Positions 1-8,652 of a stretch of 64,000 nucleotides of DNA are shown here, piece by piece; within the stretch, counting starts at the first letter, position 1, and each line of letters begins with the position of its first letter. A program made the position numbers and the translations under genes. The notes below the pieces were generated by a model, which worked only from the letters and a program-made list of their open reading frames with translations, was not told the origin of the DNA and searched no databases. The stretch is from positions 623,255 to 687,254 of the forward strand of contig CATLPD010000001.1 in the NCBI GenBank assembly GCA_950054485.1, given 5' to 3'. Source of the DNA: an uncultured Alphaproteobacteria bacterium (GTDB taxonomy: Bacteria; Pseudomonadota; Alphaproteobacteria; Micavibrionales; CSBR16-224).

Positions 1-680
1 AAGGCTTTGGCGACGTCGCCTGATGTGCGGCATCCGCCATCGGCACAGATTAAACCACCCAAACCGTGCGCAGCATCGGCACATTCGATCGTGGCAGAAA
101 TTTGTGGGTAGCCAACGCCGGTAACACTGCGTGTTTCACAGACAGATCCGGGACCAATACCAACCTTAACGATGTCAGCGCCTGCCAAAATCAGGGCCTC
201 GGTCATATCGGGGGTGGCAACGTTACCCGCCATAATGACGGTATCAGGTAATTCTTCGCGGACTTCCTTGATAAAATCAACGAACATTTCTGTATAGCCA
301 TTGGCAACGTCCAGACATAATTTGTCGATACCGTGGCCTTTCAGGGCCTCCAGACGGTCTTTGATCACTTTAATATGTTCGATACCGAATGTGATGAAAT
401 TGAAATCGCCTGACAATGGGGCTGCTTTCAGCTCGTCGATCGAATAATGTTTGTGGATGGCGCAATATAAATCATGCTCAGCCAGCGCTTTTGCCATTTC
501 CAAGGTTGCGACACGATCCATGTTGGCGGCGATAATCGGGATACCTGTGATGGTTTTGCCGGAATTCGGCAGTTTAAATGTGCGGTGCAAATCAACTTCT
601 TTGCGTGACGCAAGGCGTGTACGCTTGGGGCGGATTAATACATCATCAAAATCAAGCTTGGGTTCATTATCGATACGCAT
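1..680 (-). CDS. guaC: GMP reductase, partial (3' end runs off the window)
   Basis: Absent from the ORF track because it is open at the window edge. Manual minus-strand translation from ATG (cat at 678-680) gives [79 protein letters not shown]...DVANGY...[66 protein letters not shown]. This is near-collinear with enterobacterial GuaC as I remember it. Confidence 0.85.
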   Translation of the reverse strand, partial: MRIDNEPKLDFDDVLIRPKRTRLASRKEVDLHRTFKLPNSGKTITGIPIIAANMDRVATLEMAKALAEHDLYCAIHKHYSIDELKAAPLSGDFNFITFGIEHIKVIKDRLEALKGHGIDKLCLDVANGYTEMFVDFIKEVREELPDTVIMAGNVATPDMTEALILAGADIVKVGIGPGSVCETRSVTGVGYPQISATIECADAAHGLGGLICADGGCRTSGDVAKA

Positions 681-807
681 GGGGCATCCCTTTCAGACTG
701 TGTTTCAACAGGCGAAAGCGCGTGAATTTTGTAAATTTATAGATTCGTGCGGGCTTTCCTTTGATTTATAAACGCCGTTGGCCCCTTTGCCAACCCCTAA
801 AAGGCAT

Positions 808-1809
808 TCAATCCAGTTTTTTTAGGAGCTTTTCACGTGTCTCTTCGTCGATGAAGGCGGCTTTGATCGCGTTACGGGTAAAGCCGATCAACTGATCATC
901 CGAGAAGCCGAAATGATCCTGTCCCAATTCATATTCACGTCCCAGCGATGTTTTGAAAAACGGCGGATCGTCACTGTTCAAGGTAATCGTGATGCCTGCG
1001 TCAAACATTTGGCGTAGGGGGTGATGATTCAGATCGGGATAAACCTGTAATGAAATATTGCTCGATGGGCAAACTTCTGCAACCGCGCCGATATCGGCCA
1101 TTTCGGCCATTAAATCAGTGTCTTCAACCACGCGCACCATATGACCGAAACGGGTAATGCCCAAAAGTTCATAACATTCACGAATGGTTTCAGGCCCTGT
1201 GGCTTCGCCAGCATGGGCGGTTTTTTTCAGGCCAAGGTTTTCGGTTACCAGATTATAGGCGGGCACAAAATCGGCAACGGAATGCATGGTTTCAGCCCCT
1301 GCCATGGTAATCCCGGTCACATATTTATGCGGATAAGCTATTACCGTTTTGGCATCTTCAATCGCACGTTCGACACCATAATGGCGTACAAAGGCGGGCA
1401 GAATGCGGCATTCTATATTCAGATCATTGCGCGCGCGGTCAATCGCATCGGTCATAGCATCAATCATGGCCCGGTATGATATACCGACAGTGGGTTCGGG
1501 ATTGGCGTATGTTGTCAGCTCTTCGTATATCGAGCCTTCATCTGCGCAACGCTGAAGATAGTCATAGGTAATGTCAAAATAATCCTGTGGTGTTTTAATG
1601 ACAGATGTCGCAACATCATAGGCGTTGACGAATGAAATCAGGCGTGCGCCGGCATCGCCGTCATCATCCCATTTGTAATAACCGTCATCATCCAGCAGAC
1701 CGCCCGGAATAGGCATATCATTGCGCATGGCCAGCTTTTTAAGCATTTCGGGCGATAATGTGCCTTCAAGATGGGCGTGTAATTCAGCTTTGGGAATATG
1801 TTTTGTCAT
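808..1809 (-). CDS. add: adenosine/adenine deaminase family protein
   Basis: 333 aa ORF. N-terminal metal-binding motif KAELHAHLEGT and C-terminal ITLNSDDPPFF are typical of the adenosine deaminase amidohydrolase family. Confidence 0.85.
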   Translation of the reverse strand: MTKHIPKAELHAHLEGTLSPEMLKKLAMRNDMPIPGGLLDDDGYYKWDDDGDAGARLISFVNAYDVATSVIKTPQDYFDITYDYLQRCADEGSIYEELTTYANPEPTVGISYRAMIDAMTDAIDRARNDLNIECRILPAFVRHYGVERAIEDAKTVIAYPHKYVTGITMAGAETMHSVADFVPAYNLVTENLGLKKTAHAGEATGPETIRECYELLGITRFGHMVRVVEDTDLMAEMADIGAVAEVCPSSNISLQVYPDLNHHPLRQMFDAGITITLNSDDPPFFKTSLGREYELGQDHFGFSDDQLIGFTRNAIKAAFIDEETREKLLKKLD

Positions 1810-1841
1810 GCGCGCATTTAACCCGCACGATTGTCAAAAGT

Positions 1842-2201
1842 CTAGGAATATTTCGCCGATATGGCATGGACCAGGCGGGCGTGAATATTTTCGACATGCC
1901 GTGCAAGATCCTTGTATCGATGCAGTTGGTTTTCAAAAGCATCGCTGTGATCATAGATTTCATTATCATTTGTTGCAGAACGGCACATTTGAACCTGACC
2001 CAGAAACTTGTATACCGCCAAAGCTTCGTTCATAGCTTTAAGAATGTCAGATACTTCATCCAACAGCGCCATCAGCTTGTGGTTGTTATCAGGCATACAG
2101 TCCTTGTCAAAATTCTGAAAGAATTCCAGACATCGACTTAAATCTTGCAGGCAGTTTTCCGGCAAAATATTTTGCGGTTCGTAATACCTTTTAAATTGCA
2201 C
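1842..2201 (-). CDS. hypothetical protein (helical, 119 aa)
   Basis: ORF on the same strand and directly upstream of add. No recognisable family. Preferred over the overlapping plus-strand ORF 1758-2141 by context only. Confidence 0.4.
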   Translation of the reverse strand: MQFKRYYEPQNILPENCLQDLSRCLEFFQNFDKDCMPDNNHKLMALLDEVSDILKAMNEALAVYKFLGQVQMCRSATNDNEIYDHSDAFENQLHRYKDLARHVENIHARLVHAISAKYS

Positions 2202-2310
2202 TCTAGTCCCCCTCGCGGCTTCTTTTTACAAAGCTCTTATCTCGTATCATTTAAGCATATATGAAAAATATCACCAATTTATTAATGGTGTCTTAATTTT
2301 AGAAGGTTTT

Positions 2311-3291
2311 TTATCGAAAATCGTTTTTGACTTTAAAATACGTCAAAATCGGCACGTGGTCACTTTTGATTTCGGGGGTTCTAAAGGAATGAATGACATT
2401 GATTCTGTCATTGAAAAGGAAATGATCAATCGGAATTCCCGTAGGTTTATGGCCATAGATATAAAAACTATTTTGCAATCCGCGCCCGCGCCGCGCGTTA
2501 TGCAGTCCGGTGCGACGCATCATACTTTTGTAATGAGGCGCAAACATTGTGGTATTCAAATCACCAGCGATGATGACGGGCATATGACCGAATTGATCCA
2601 TGTTATCTTCAATCCATTGAAAATGCTGATTACGGTTCACAAAGAAAGACTGGCTGACGGGGGGTAGAGGGTGCGGGGCCACTAGCTTTACATCCTGACC
2701 GTTTAGCCTGATATCGGATATAATAGCTGGAATATCCATATCCGACATTTGAATGATTTGCGGGTCAACCAATGGGTATTTGGAATAAAGACCGATGCCG
2801 TGACTGCCGTCTTCGGGCAGGGCCAGATAATGCGGCCAGATGGTTGTCAGGTCCTGCAGTTTTTCGCGCCAGGTCGGCGTCATTTCAAATAAAACGAAAA
2901 TATCGGGGTCAAGATCCCGAATCATTTCGGTTAAGACCTGATATTCGAAATTGAATTTGAATATATTGGCCTGTAGCAGACTATAGGTTCCCGGCTTTTC
3001 AATTTTGATACGCTCGCTTTGCGGGATGATCTTTAAACGTTCGAAATTTGCATAAGGAACAAGATTAATCGCATTTAATGTCAGGGCAGCCGTTATCAGT
3101 ATATAGACAACAGGGGGGCTTTTTCGCAGTAACAATAGCCCCACGAAAATAATGGCACCTCCGATAAAAAGCTGCATTTGATAGTGCGAAAAAAGCTCGG
3201 GCAGGTACCACGGCGTTTTAATAAAAGAAAAAAGGGCACATAAAAACAGGAAAACAGAACCGAAAATTGTAATCAGGCGGATCGTCTGCAT
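2311..3291 (-). CDS. membrane-anchored endonuclease/exonuclease/phosphatase (EEP) family protein
   Basis: 326 aa. The N-terminal ~85 aa are hydrophobic (several predicted TM helices). The C-terminal domain has EEP hallmarks (LQANIF..., IFVLFEMT, VIIAGDLNTT, IDHFLF, terminal SDHVPILTYF). Confidence 0.75.
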   Translation of the reverse strand: MQTIRLITIFGSVFLFLCALFSFIKTPWYLPELFSHYQMQLFIGGAIIFVGLLLLRKSPPVVYILITAALTLNAINLVPYANFERLKIIPQSERIKIEKPGTYSLLQANIFKFNFEYQVLTEMIRDLDPDIFVLFEMTPTWREKLQDLTTIWPHYLALPEDGSHGIGLYSKYPLVDPQIIQMSDMDIPAIISDIRLNGQDVKLVAPHPLPPVSQSFFVNRNQHFQWIEDNMDQFGHMPVIIAGDLNTTMFAPHYKSMMRRTGLHNARRGRGLQNSFYIYGHKPTGIPIDHFLFNDRINVIHSFRTPEIKSDHVPILTYFKVKNDFR

Positions 3292-3295
3292 GGGA

Positions 3296-4069
3296 TTATG
3301 CCATCAGTGTGTCATTATCCTTCGGGGCGTCTGTCGCCGGGGCTGTATAGCGATCTGCGTATTTGCGGATCAGCACTTCACCCACGCCGGCCATCTTCTG
3401 GGCGTGTTCTTCATCCATTTCAATCCAGACGTTCAGCTTGCGAATGGGTAGCCATTCAATACACCGCGGTTTATCCGTATGGACGTTATAAAGTGACAAA
3501 ATGGTATGAAACAGAAATTCTGATGAAGGAATTAGAATGAATTCAACCTGTCCCGGATCAAATTTATAAAGGCGCTTATAATCAGATACGATTTTGTGAA
3601 CGCGCGGACGGTCCGGCATGAAAAACTTATATCTGGCCCCGCGGGCGAGGTTGCGACGAATTCCATCATAAATATCGGAATCGGGCTGCAATGCAAATGT
3701 CAGTTCGGTCGCAAAGGTCCATGTTTCGTTCGATTGAACCTCCACAGATTTAATGTGCTGTTGGTTTACAATCCAATTCAGGTTATTGGCCGACAGCAAT
3801 TTATCCATTTTATCGTATTTATCGTTGATAATTTCATCGGTGCGCATGCGGTTAACAAATACGGTTGTCAGGATAATAACCAGCATCAGGGCAAAACCGA
3901 TACCGAAACCGAATATCAGGTGCGGCATCGGCACAATGCTGGATACCCAGAATGCAATGACAGCGCATAGCAATGAAATGGCAATATAGCTCATCAGGAA
4001 GACGGGGCTTTTAACAAAGCCGTCTGTGAAATCCTGCTTTTTATCGGATGTGTTTTCTTCAGAAATCAT
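3296..4069 (-). CDS. hypothetical 2-TM membrane protein with uncharacterised C-terminal alpha/beta domain
   Basis: The track ORF runs 3296-4351. I chose the internal ATG at 4069 (MISEENTSDKK...) because the longer form overlaps the divergent gene at 4181. Two hydrophobic helices (VFLMSYIAISLLCAVIAFWV; LIFGFGIGFALMLVIILTTVFV) precede a ~170 aa soluble domain. It ends 4 nt before the EEP gene start. Confidence 0.6.
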   Translation of the reverse strand: MISEENTSDKKQDFTDGFVKSPVFLMSYIAISLLCAVIAFWVSSIVPMPHLIFGFGIGFALMLVIILTTVFVNRMRTDEIINDKYDKMDKLLSANNLNWIVNQQHIKSVEVQSNETWTFATELTFALQPDSDIYDGIRRNLARGARYKFFMPDRPRVHKIVSDYKRLYKFDPGQVEFILIPSSEFLFHTILSLYNVHTDKPRCIEWLPIRKLNVWIEMDEEHAQKMAGVGEVLIRKYADRYTAPATDAPKDNDTLMA

Positions 4070-4180
4070 AATATCACTTGTGATCGTCGAACCTTTATTA
4101 ACGGTAATCGAAAAGATGGACGCCTGCAAGATAAAACGATTTTGATTGCTTTGCGGCAGGGTTCGTATACATGATAGTCG

Positions 4181-4813
4181 ATGAAAAATGCACATCAAAA
4201 TATTGCTGATGATCTTGTAGCGAGGGGCTGGTCTGTCTATCCTGATTATCTGGGTGCGAATGTGGGCCTTTCTTTGAAACAAAGACTTCGGGGTTTGAAT
4301 GCCGAAGGCGAATTGACACCTGCTGGAATCGGACGCGAAGATGAACATCAACTGGCACCTGACATTCGACGCGATAAAACCTATTGGCTGGAACGCCGCG
4401 ATGAAACAGATCTTTCCTACCTGCGATTAATGGAAAATTTGCGGCTGGATTTAAACCGCGACCTGTTTCTGGGGCTGTTCGAATATGAAGCGCATTACGC
4501 CCTGTACCCCGCAGGCGGTTTTTATAAACGTCATGTCGATGCGCTGAAGGGTGAAAAAAACCGTCTGGTTTCAACTGTTTTATATTTAAATGAGAACTGG
4601 CAGGCGGGTGATGGGGGCGAGCTTGCAATCTATTTAAACGAAGAAGATGAAACGCCAGTGACGGTTGTTTCACCGCATTTCGGCACGCTGGTCTGTTTCC
4701 TCAGCGAAGATATTCCCCACGAAGTCCTGCCCGCCCATAAACCGCGCCATAGTATCGCCGGGTGGTTCCGTTGTAACGCGTCTTCTGCCGATAAGGTTGA
4801 TCCGCTGCGATAA
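4181..4813 (+). CDS. 2OG-Fe(II) oxygenase (prolyl 4-hydroxylase-like) family protein
   Basis: 210 aa. Has the facial-triad context YKRHVDA...STVLYLNENW...GGEL...HEVLP...RHSIAGWF typical of the P4H-type 2-oxoglutarate dioxygenase fold. Confidence 0.8.
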   Translation: MKNAHQNIADDLVARGWSVYPDYLGANVGLSLKQRLRGLNAEGELTPAGIGREDEHQLAPDIRRDKTYWLERRDETDLSYLRLMENLRLDLNRDLFLGLFEYEAHYALYPAGGFYKRHVDALKGEKNRLVSTVLYLNENWQAGDGGELAIYLNEEDETPVTVVSPHFGTLVCFLSEDIPHEVLPAHKPRHSIAGWFRCNASSADKVDPLR

Positions 4814-4834
4814 TTTATGCGTTTTATCTTTCTT

Positions 4835-5509
4835 CTAAAATATAAAAAAGGCATAAGATCCGCTACCGTTGTAATCGACACAGCCATTTTCAATACTGAA
4901 GTCGTCGCCTTGATGGGTGTTTTGCGCAAGCGTATATGATTTTGTGTCCCAAGAATATCGCCATCCTGAAAACCCGTTATTATCCCCCGCAAGGCTGGCC
5001 GAGCCAATGACACTGCTACCGTGGATTCTTTTGTTCAGGCTTTGGCAAATACTTTCATTAATGGGTCTTAGCCAGAAGTAAAAATCGGGCAGATTGGTTC
5101 CTATTTCGCTGCCACCGACCCTGATTTGACCATCGTAAAGCGCATAACTATAACTCGCGCTAGTAACCATTGAAGAGAAGTTTTGAGGAGATAATCCGCT
5201 TTCATTACTGAAAATTCCAATAGTATTGCAAGGTGTAATATCTGTGTTGCCCAGATGGCAAGTTCCTGAAGCATTCGCGGAGGAATCATTAAATAAAATA
5301 TATTCATAACTTCCTATTGTTTTAAGCCTCAGAATCCTTTGCTGGTAATCACTTACAGTGTTAAGGATTTGCGCTGCATAGATTTCAGCCTGTTCTTTGT
5401 CGATGCTGCCACCCCCGCGACTTGAATTTGTGATCGCATAGGACAGGGCCGCGAACAAGGCAACCGCAATCAAAATTAAGAACAAGGCATTTCCGTTTTG
5501 TTTTCTCAT
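4835..5509 (-). CDS. hypothetical secreted protein with pilin-like N-terminal hydrophobic helix
   Basis: 224 aa. N-terminus MRKQNGNALFLILIAVALFAALSYAITNSS resembles a prepilin/pseudopilin-type leader plus helix but lacks the canonical G-F-T-L-I-E. The rest is Ser/Gly/Asn/Cys-rich. The gene looks more AT-rich than its neighbours by eye. Confidence 0.55.
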   Translation of the reverse strand: MRKQNGNALFLILIAVALFAALSYAITNSSRGGGSIDKEQAEIYAAQILNTVSDYQQRILRLKTIGSYEYILFNDSSANASGTCHLGNTDITPCNTIGIFSNESGLSPQNFSSMVTSASYSYALYDGQIRVGGSEIGTNLPDFYFWLRPINESICQSLNKRIHGSSVIGSASLAGDNNGFSGWRYSWDTKSYTLAQNTHQGDDFSIENGCVDYNGSGSYAFFIF

Positions 5510-5552
5510 TATTTTTATAATAACAAAAATAACTGTTTTTTAGATTAAAAAA

Positions 5553-5581
5553 TAAAAAAAGCCCCTTTGCAGGGGCTTTTG
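5553..5581 (-). terminator. rho-independent terminator downstream of icd
   Basis: Stem agcccct (5560-5566), loop ttgc, stem aggggct (5571-5577). On the minus strand the hairpin is followed by a run of eight T; the plus strand also has tttt. Confidence 0.75.
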
Positions 5582-5601
5582 TAAAGCTAACAAGTTTGAG
5601 T

Positions 5602-6831
5602 TTAAGCGGCTTTTTGCTTACCCATCTTGATTTCAAGATTTTCGATCAGCTTGTCCATGAATTGCTCGGTTGTCAGCCATTTCTGGTCTTTGCCAACCAG
5701 CAGTGCCAGATCTTTGGTCATATGACCCGATTCAACCGTATCAACGCAAACTTTTTCAAGCGTTTCGGCGAATTTCACAACATCAGGTGTGTTATCAAAC
5801 TGGCCGCGGTATTTCAGGCCTTGCGTCCATGCAAAGATTGATGCAATCGGGTTGGTTGATGTCGGGTTGCCTTTTTGGTGTTCGCGGTAATGGCGTGTCA
5901 CAGTCCCGTGCGCGGCTTCAGCCTCGACGGTTTTTCCATCCGGCGTTAACAGAACAGATGTCATCAGACCCAATGATCCGAAGCCCTGCGCAACCGTGTC
6001 AGACTGAACATCACCATCATAGTTTTTACAAGCCCAGACAAAGCCGCCGCTCCATTTCATCGCGCAGGCCACCATGTCATCAATCAGGCGGTGTTCGTAG
6101 GTCAGACCTTTTTTATCGAATTCGGCTTTGAATTCGGCATCGAATACTTCCTGGAACAGCTCCATAAAACGTCCGTCATAGGCTTTTAAGATGGTGTTCT
6201 TGGTCGACATGTAAACAGGGTAATTACGCTGCAGGCCATAGTTAAAGCAGCTGCGCGCAAAACCGCGGATCGATTCATCAAGGTTATACATACCCATCGC
6301 AACGCCTGATGATGGCGCTTCGAAAACAACGAATTCCTTGTTGTCGGTGCCGTCTTCAGGTTCGAAAACCATTTTCAATGTGCCGGGGCGGTCAAATTTG
6401 AAATCTGTCGCGCGGTACTGGTCGCCGAATGCGTGACGGCCGATGATAATCGGTTGCGTCCAGCCCGGAACATAGCGCGGCACGTTTGACATGATAATCG
6501 GCTCGCGGAAAACGGTCCCGCCCAGAATGTTACGGATTGTGCCGTTTGGTGATTTCCACATTTTTTTCAATTTGAATTCTTCAACGCGGCCTTCGTCAGG
6601 TGTGATCGTCGCACATTTTACCCCAACGCCATGTTCTTTAATGGCGTTTGCGGCATCAATCGTGATTTGATCGTCTGTGTCATCGCGGCTGGTGACGGAT
6701 AAATCGAAATATTTCAGGTCGATATCCAGATAGGGCAAAATCAGGCGGTTTTTAATCACGTCCCAAATGATGCGTGTCATTTCATCGCCATCCAGTTCTA
6801 CGATCGGATTTTTAACTTTAATCTTGCTCAT
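5602..6831 (-). CDS. icd: NADP-dependent isocitrate dehydrogenase (homodimeric, eukaryote-like subfamily)
   Basis: 409 aa. [45 protein letters not shown]...TITPDE...[20 protein letters not shown] is collinear with IDH1/IDH2-type enzymes. Confidence 0.95.
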   Translation of the reverse strand: MSKIKVKNPIVELDGDEMTRIIWDVIKNRLILPYLDIDLKYFDLSVTSRDDTDDQITIDAANAIKEHGVGVKCATITPDEGRVEEFKLKKMWKSPNGTIRNILGGTVFREPIIMSNVPRYVPGWTQPIIIGRHAFGDQYRATDFKFDRPGTLKMVFEPEDGTDNKEFVVFEAPSSGVAMGMYNLDESIRGFARSCFNYGLQRNYPVYMSTKNTILKAYDGRFMELFQEVFDAEFKAEFDKKGLTYEHRLIDDMVACAMKWSGGFVWACKNYDGDVQSDTVAQGFGSLGLMTSVLLTPDGKTVEAEAAHGTVTRHYREHQKGNPTSTNPIASIFAWTQGLKYRGQFDNTPDVVKFAETLEKVCVDTVESGHMTKDLALLVGKDQKWLTTEQFMDKLIENLEIKMGKQKAA

Positions 6832-7555
6832 CGGTATTATCCTCTTCAGTTTTTGTTTCGGTTTCGGTTTCGGTTTCGGTTTCGGTTTCGGTTTCGGTTT
6901 CTACTTTTACGTCTTCAGAATTTTTTTCTTCGGCCTTTTCTTTTTCAGGCTCTGTCTTTTCTTTTTTCAACGGGTTTAAAGGCGTGTGAAGGTTCAGAGG
7001 TTCCAGTTTCGTGCGCTCCCACGTTCGCATCGCATCTTCCGCCTTGTTTCTGTCTGCACGGTTCAAATCCAGCGCCGTTCTTTGATCGCGTGCCCATTTA
7101 ATCGCGCTGCCCTGTTTCAAACGGTTTATCCCAAGGCTGTACCATTTATAGGCTTCGATTTTGTTGTCTTCGTGCTTTGCAATCGCGGCAAGGCGTGTAA
7201 AAGCATCGGCATTGCCCAATTTGGCGCTACGTTCGAACAGCATTTTGGCAAGTTTTGTATTTTTACCGATTCCGCCTTTACCCTTACTATACAGGTCAGC
7301 CAGAATATATTGCGCGCGCGGGTCGTCATCCTCGGCCAGATTGAACAGGTCCAGCATCGGGTGGTTATCGGCACCGCCCAAAGGCACATAAATAGGATCG
7401 TTATGATATTCAACAACATCCGATTTAGCCGCCGGGGCTTCATCCAGCACCTCGACACCGGGTTTGTTTTCTATATTCACCGATGGGACTGATTCCGCCA
7501 GGGCAGGGGAAATGAACAACAGACCTGTTAAAGATAGTATAATTATTTTTTTCAT
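6818..7555 (-). CDS. Sel1-repeat (TPR-like) secreted protein with acidic/lysine-rich repetitive tail
   Basis: 245 aa. Signal peptide [20 protein letters not shown]. Sel1-like repeats ([15 protein letters not shown]...[24 protein letters not shown]...). The tail is [22 protein letters not shown](ET)8[11 protein letters not shown]. The 3' end overlaps the icd start by 14 nt, and the 5' end overlaps the upstream gene (ATGA). Confidence 0.8.
   Translation of the reverse strand: MKKIIILSLTGLLFISPALAESVPSVNIENKPGVEVLDEAPAAKSDVVEYHNDPIYVPLGGADNHPMLDLFNLAEDDDPRAQYILADLYSKGKGGIGKNTKLAKMLFERSAKLGNADAFTRLAAIAKHEDNKIEAYKWYSLGINRLKQGSAIKWARDQRTALDLNRADRNKAEDAMRTWERTKLEPLNLHTPLNPLKKEKTEPEKEKAEEKNSEDVKVETETETETETETETETKTEEDNTDEQD
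6855..6901. repeat. hexanucleotide microsatellite (GTTTCG) x7.8
   Basis: Seven perfect GTTTCG units plus gtttc, read directly at 6855-6901. It encodes (Glu-Thr)8 on the minus strand inside the Sel1-repeat gene. Confidence 0.95.
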
Positions 7556-7881
7556 TTCTTCTTCTCTTTAAATACTTGCAGGACTTCTAAAAGGCTGCGG
7601 CTTTGTTTTAGCATGCGCGTTGCATCATAGACAATAAATTTTGACGGCTTTCTGGGGTCGGGCGCGCCATGTTTCGCAACGCTATATATCGGTTGTTCCT
7701 GCGCACTTTTAAAAATCGAAAAAACAGCCATATCAGGCAGGCAATCCAAGGCATAGTCTCGCCATTCACCTTTTGATACTTTTTCGCCATATACCGACAT
7801 CAACTGTCCGATTTCCTGACGGGTAAAAGTCACCATGCCTTTTTTACGCCAGTGTGTCGGAAGATTGATAATGTGGCTCAT
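7552..7881 (-). CDS. DUF2794 family protein
   Basis: 109 aa. The motif FTRQEIGQLMSVYGEKVSKGEWRDYALD...AVFSIF matches my memory of the alphaproteobacterial DUF2794 family (GEWRDYA core). Confidence 0.65.
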   Translation of the reverse strand: MSHIINLPTHWRKKGMVTFTRQEIGQLMSVYGEKVSKGEWRDYALDCLPDMAVFSIFKSAQEQPIYSVAKHGAPDPRKPSKFIVYDATRMLKQSRSLLEVLQVFKEKKK

Positions 7882-8021
7882 CGCAGTGTCTGTCGTTGTC
7901 TATGGTTTATAAACTGTATTATATTAAGCACGGTTCAAGCCCTTTTGCAAAGAATCTTGACCATTGCGCTGTTTTGCGTCATCTTTCAAGGGCTTAAATT
8001 TAAAAGAAACAGGATCAGACC

Positions 8022-8651
8022 ATGGTTGATATTCTTGATGAAGTTAAAGACGAAATCGAACAGGAAAAAATTCAGAACTTCTGGAAGGAAAACGGCACCT
8101 TTATTATTGTGACGGTTGCCCTAGTGATTTCGATTGTCGGTGGGCGCGCCTTTTGGACCGATTATAAATTCGAACGCGATGCCGAGCGCACATCTGCGAT
8201 GATCCAGGCGATGGAAACCGAACATCTGGCTGACTACACGATCGAAGCCGAAGGCGCGCATGCTGCTATCTCGAACATGCTGGCGGTATCAGATGAAATG
8301 ACCGATAGGGATGGGCAAATCGCCTATCTACAGTCAATTGCTGATAACGGCGATTTTGATGAGATTTACCGCGACATGGCGGCACTGAAAGCCATCGGCC
8401 TGCGGGCAGAGGATAATGCCAGCGACAAATCGGCCCTGATTGATCAACTGGAACCTTTGACGGAAGACGATCGTCCGTTCCGTGCATCGGCCATCGAATT
8501 AAAAGCATTTTTGCTGGCCGGTTTGAATAAACACGACGAGGCGATCGCTCTGCTGGATGACATGCTGGAAGATGCAGAAAACCTGCCGCCGCAATTTCAG
8601 GCGCGCATGGAAACCCTTCGGGCCTATTACACATCGCAAAAAGGTGCATAA
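8022..8651 (+). CDS. YfgM-like membrane-anchored TPR-like protein
   Basis: 209 aa. The N-terminus (EEVKDEIEQEKIQNFWKENGTFIIVTVALVISIVGG) is a single TM anchor followed by a helical domain. It occupies the conserved position immediately upstream of bamB-der. Confidence 0.6.
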   Translation: MVDILDEVKDEIEQEKIQNFWKENGTFIIVTVALVISIVGGRAFWTDYKFERDAERTSAMIQAMETEHLADYTIEAEGAHAAISNMLAVSDEMTDRDGQIAYLQSIADNGDFDEIYRDMAALKAIGLRAEDNASDKSALIDQLEPLTEDDRPFRASAIELKAFLLAGLNKHDEAIALLDDMLEDAENLPPQFQARMETLRAYYTSQKGA

Positions 8652-8652
8652 A

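Noticed and set aside
1758-2141. Plus-strand 127 aa ORF overlapping the minus-strand 1842-2201 ORF.
   Set aside because: Only one can be real. The minus-strand ORF is co-directional with add, and its product looks like an ordinary helical protein, whereas the plus-strand product is Ile/Val/Cys-rich. Confidence in either is low.
2255-2290. Imperfect palindrome caccaatttattaatggtg upstream of the EEP gene as a possible operator.
   Set aside because: It is short, AT-rich and imperfect, with no second copy in the window. That is insufficient evidence for a regulatory site.
4070-4351. Upstream extension of the 2-TM protein ORF (3296-4351).
   Set aside because: The extension overlaps the start of the well-supported divergent 2OG-Fe(II) oxygenase gene (4181) and is Arg/Ile/Phe-rich and low-complexity. 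The internal ATG at 4069 gives a sensible N-terminus before TM1.
5602-6831. Eukaryote-like NADP-IDH as evidence of inter-domain gene transfer.
   Set aside because: The homodimeric IDH1/2-like subfamily is known to be widespread in bacteria, including alphaproteobacteria, so nothing here is unusual.
6855-6901. Possible CRISPR-like or regulatory repeat at the GTTTCG tract.
   Set aside because: The unit is only 6 nt with no spacers, and it lies in frame inside a coding region. It is a coding microsatellite, not a CRISPR array.
8557-8652. Longer BamB start (8557) overlapping the yfgM-like gene.
   Set aside because: ATG 8653 yields a textbook lipoprotein signal peptide with lipobox LQGC directly after the upstream stop. 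The extension is basic, non-signal-like sequence.
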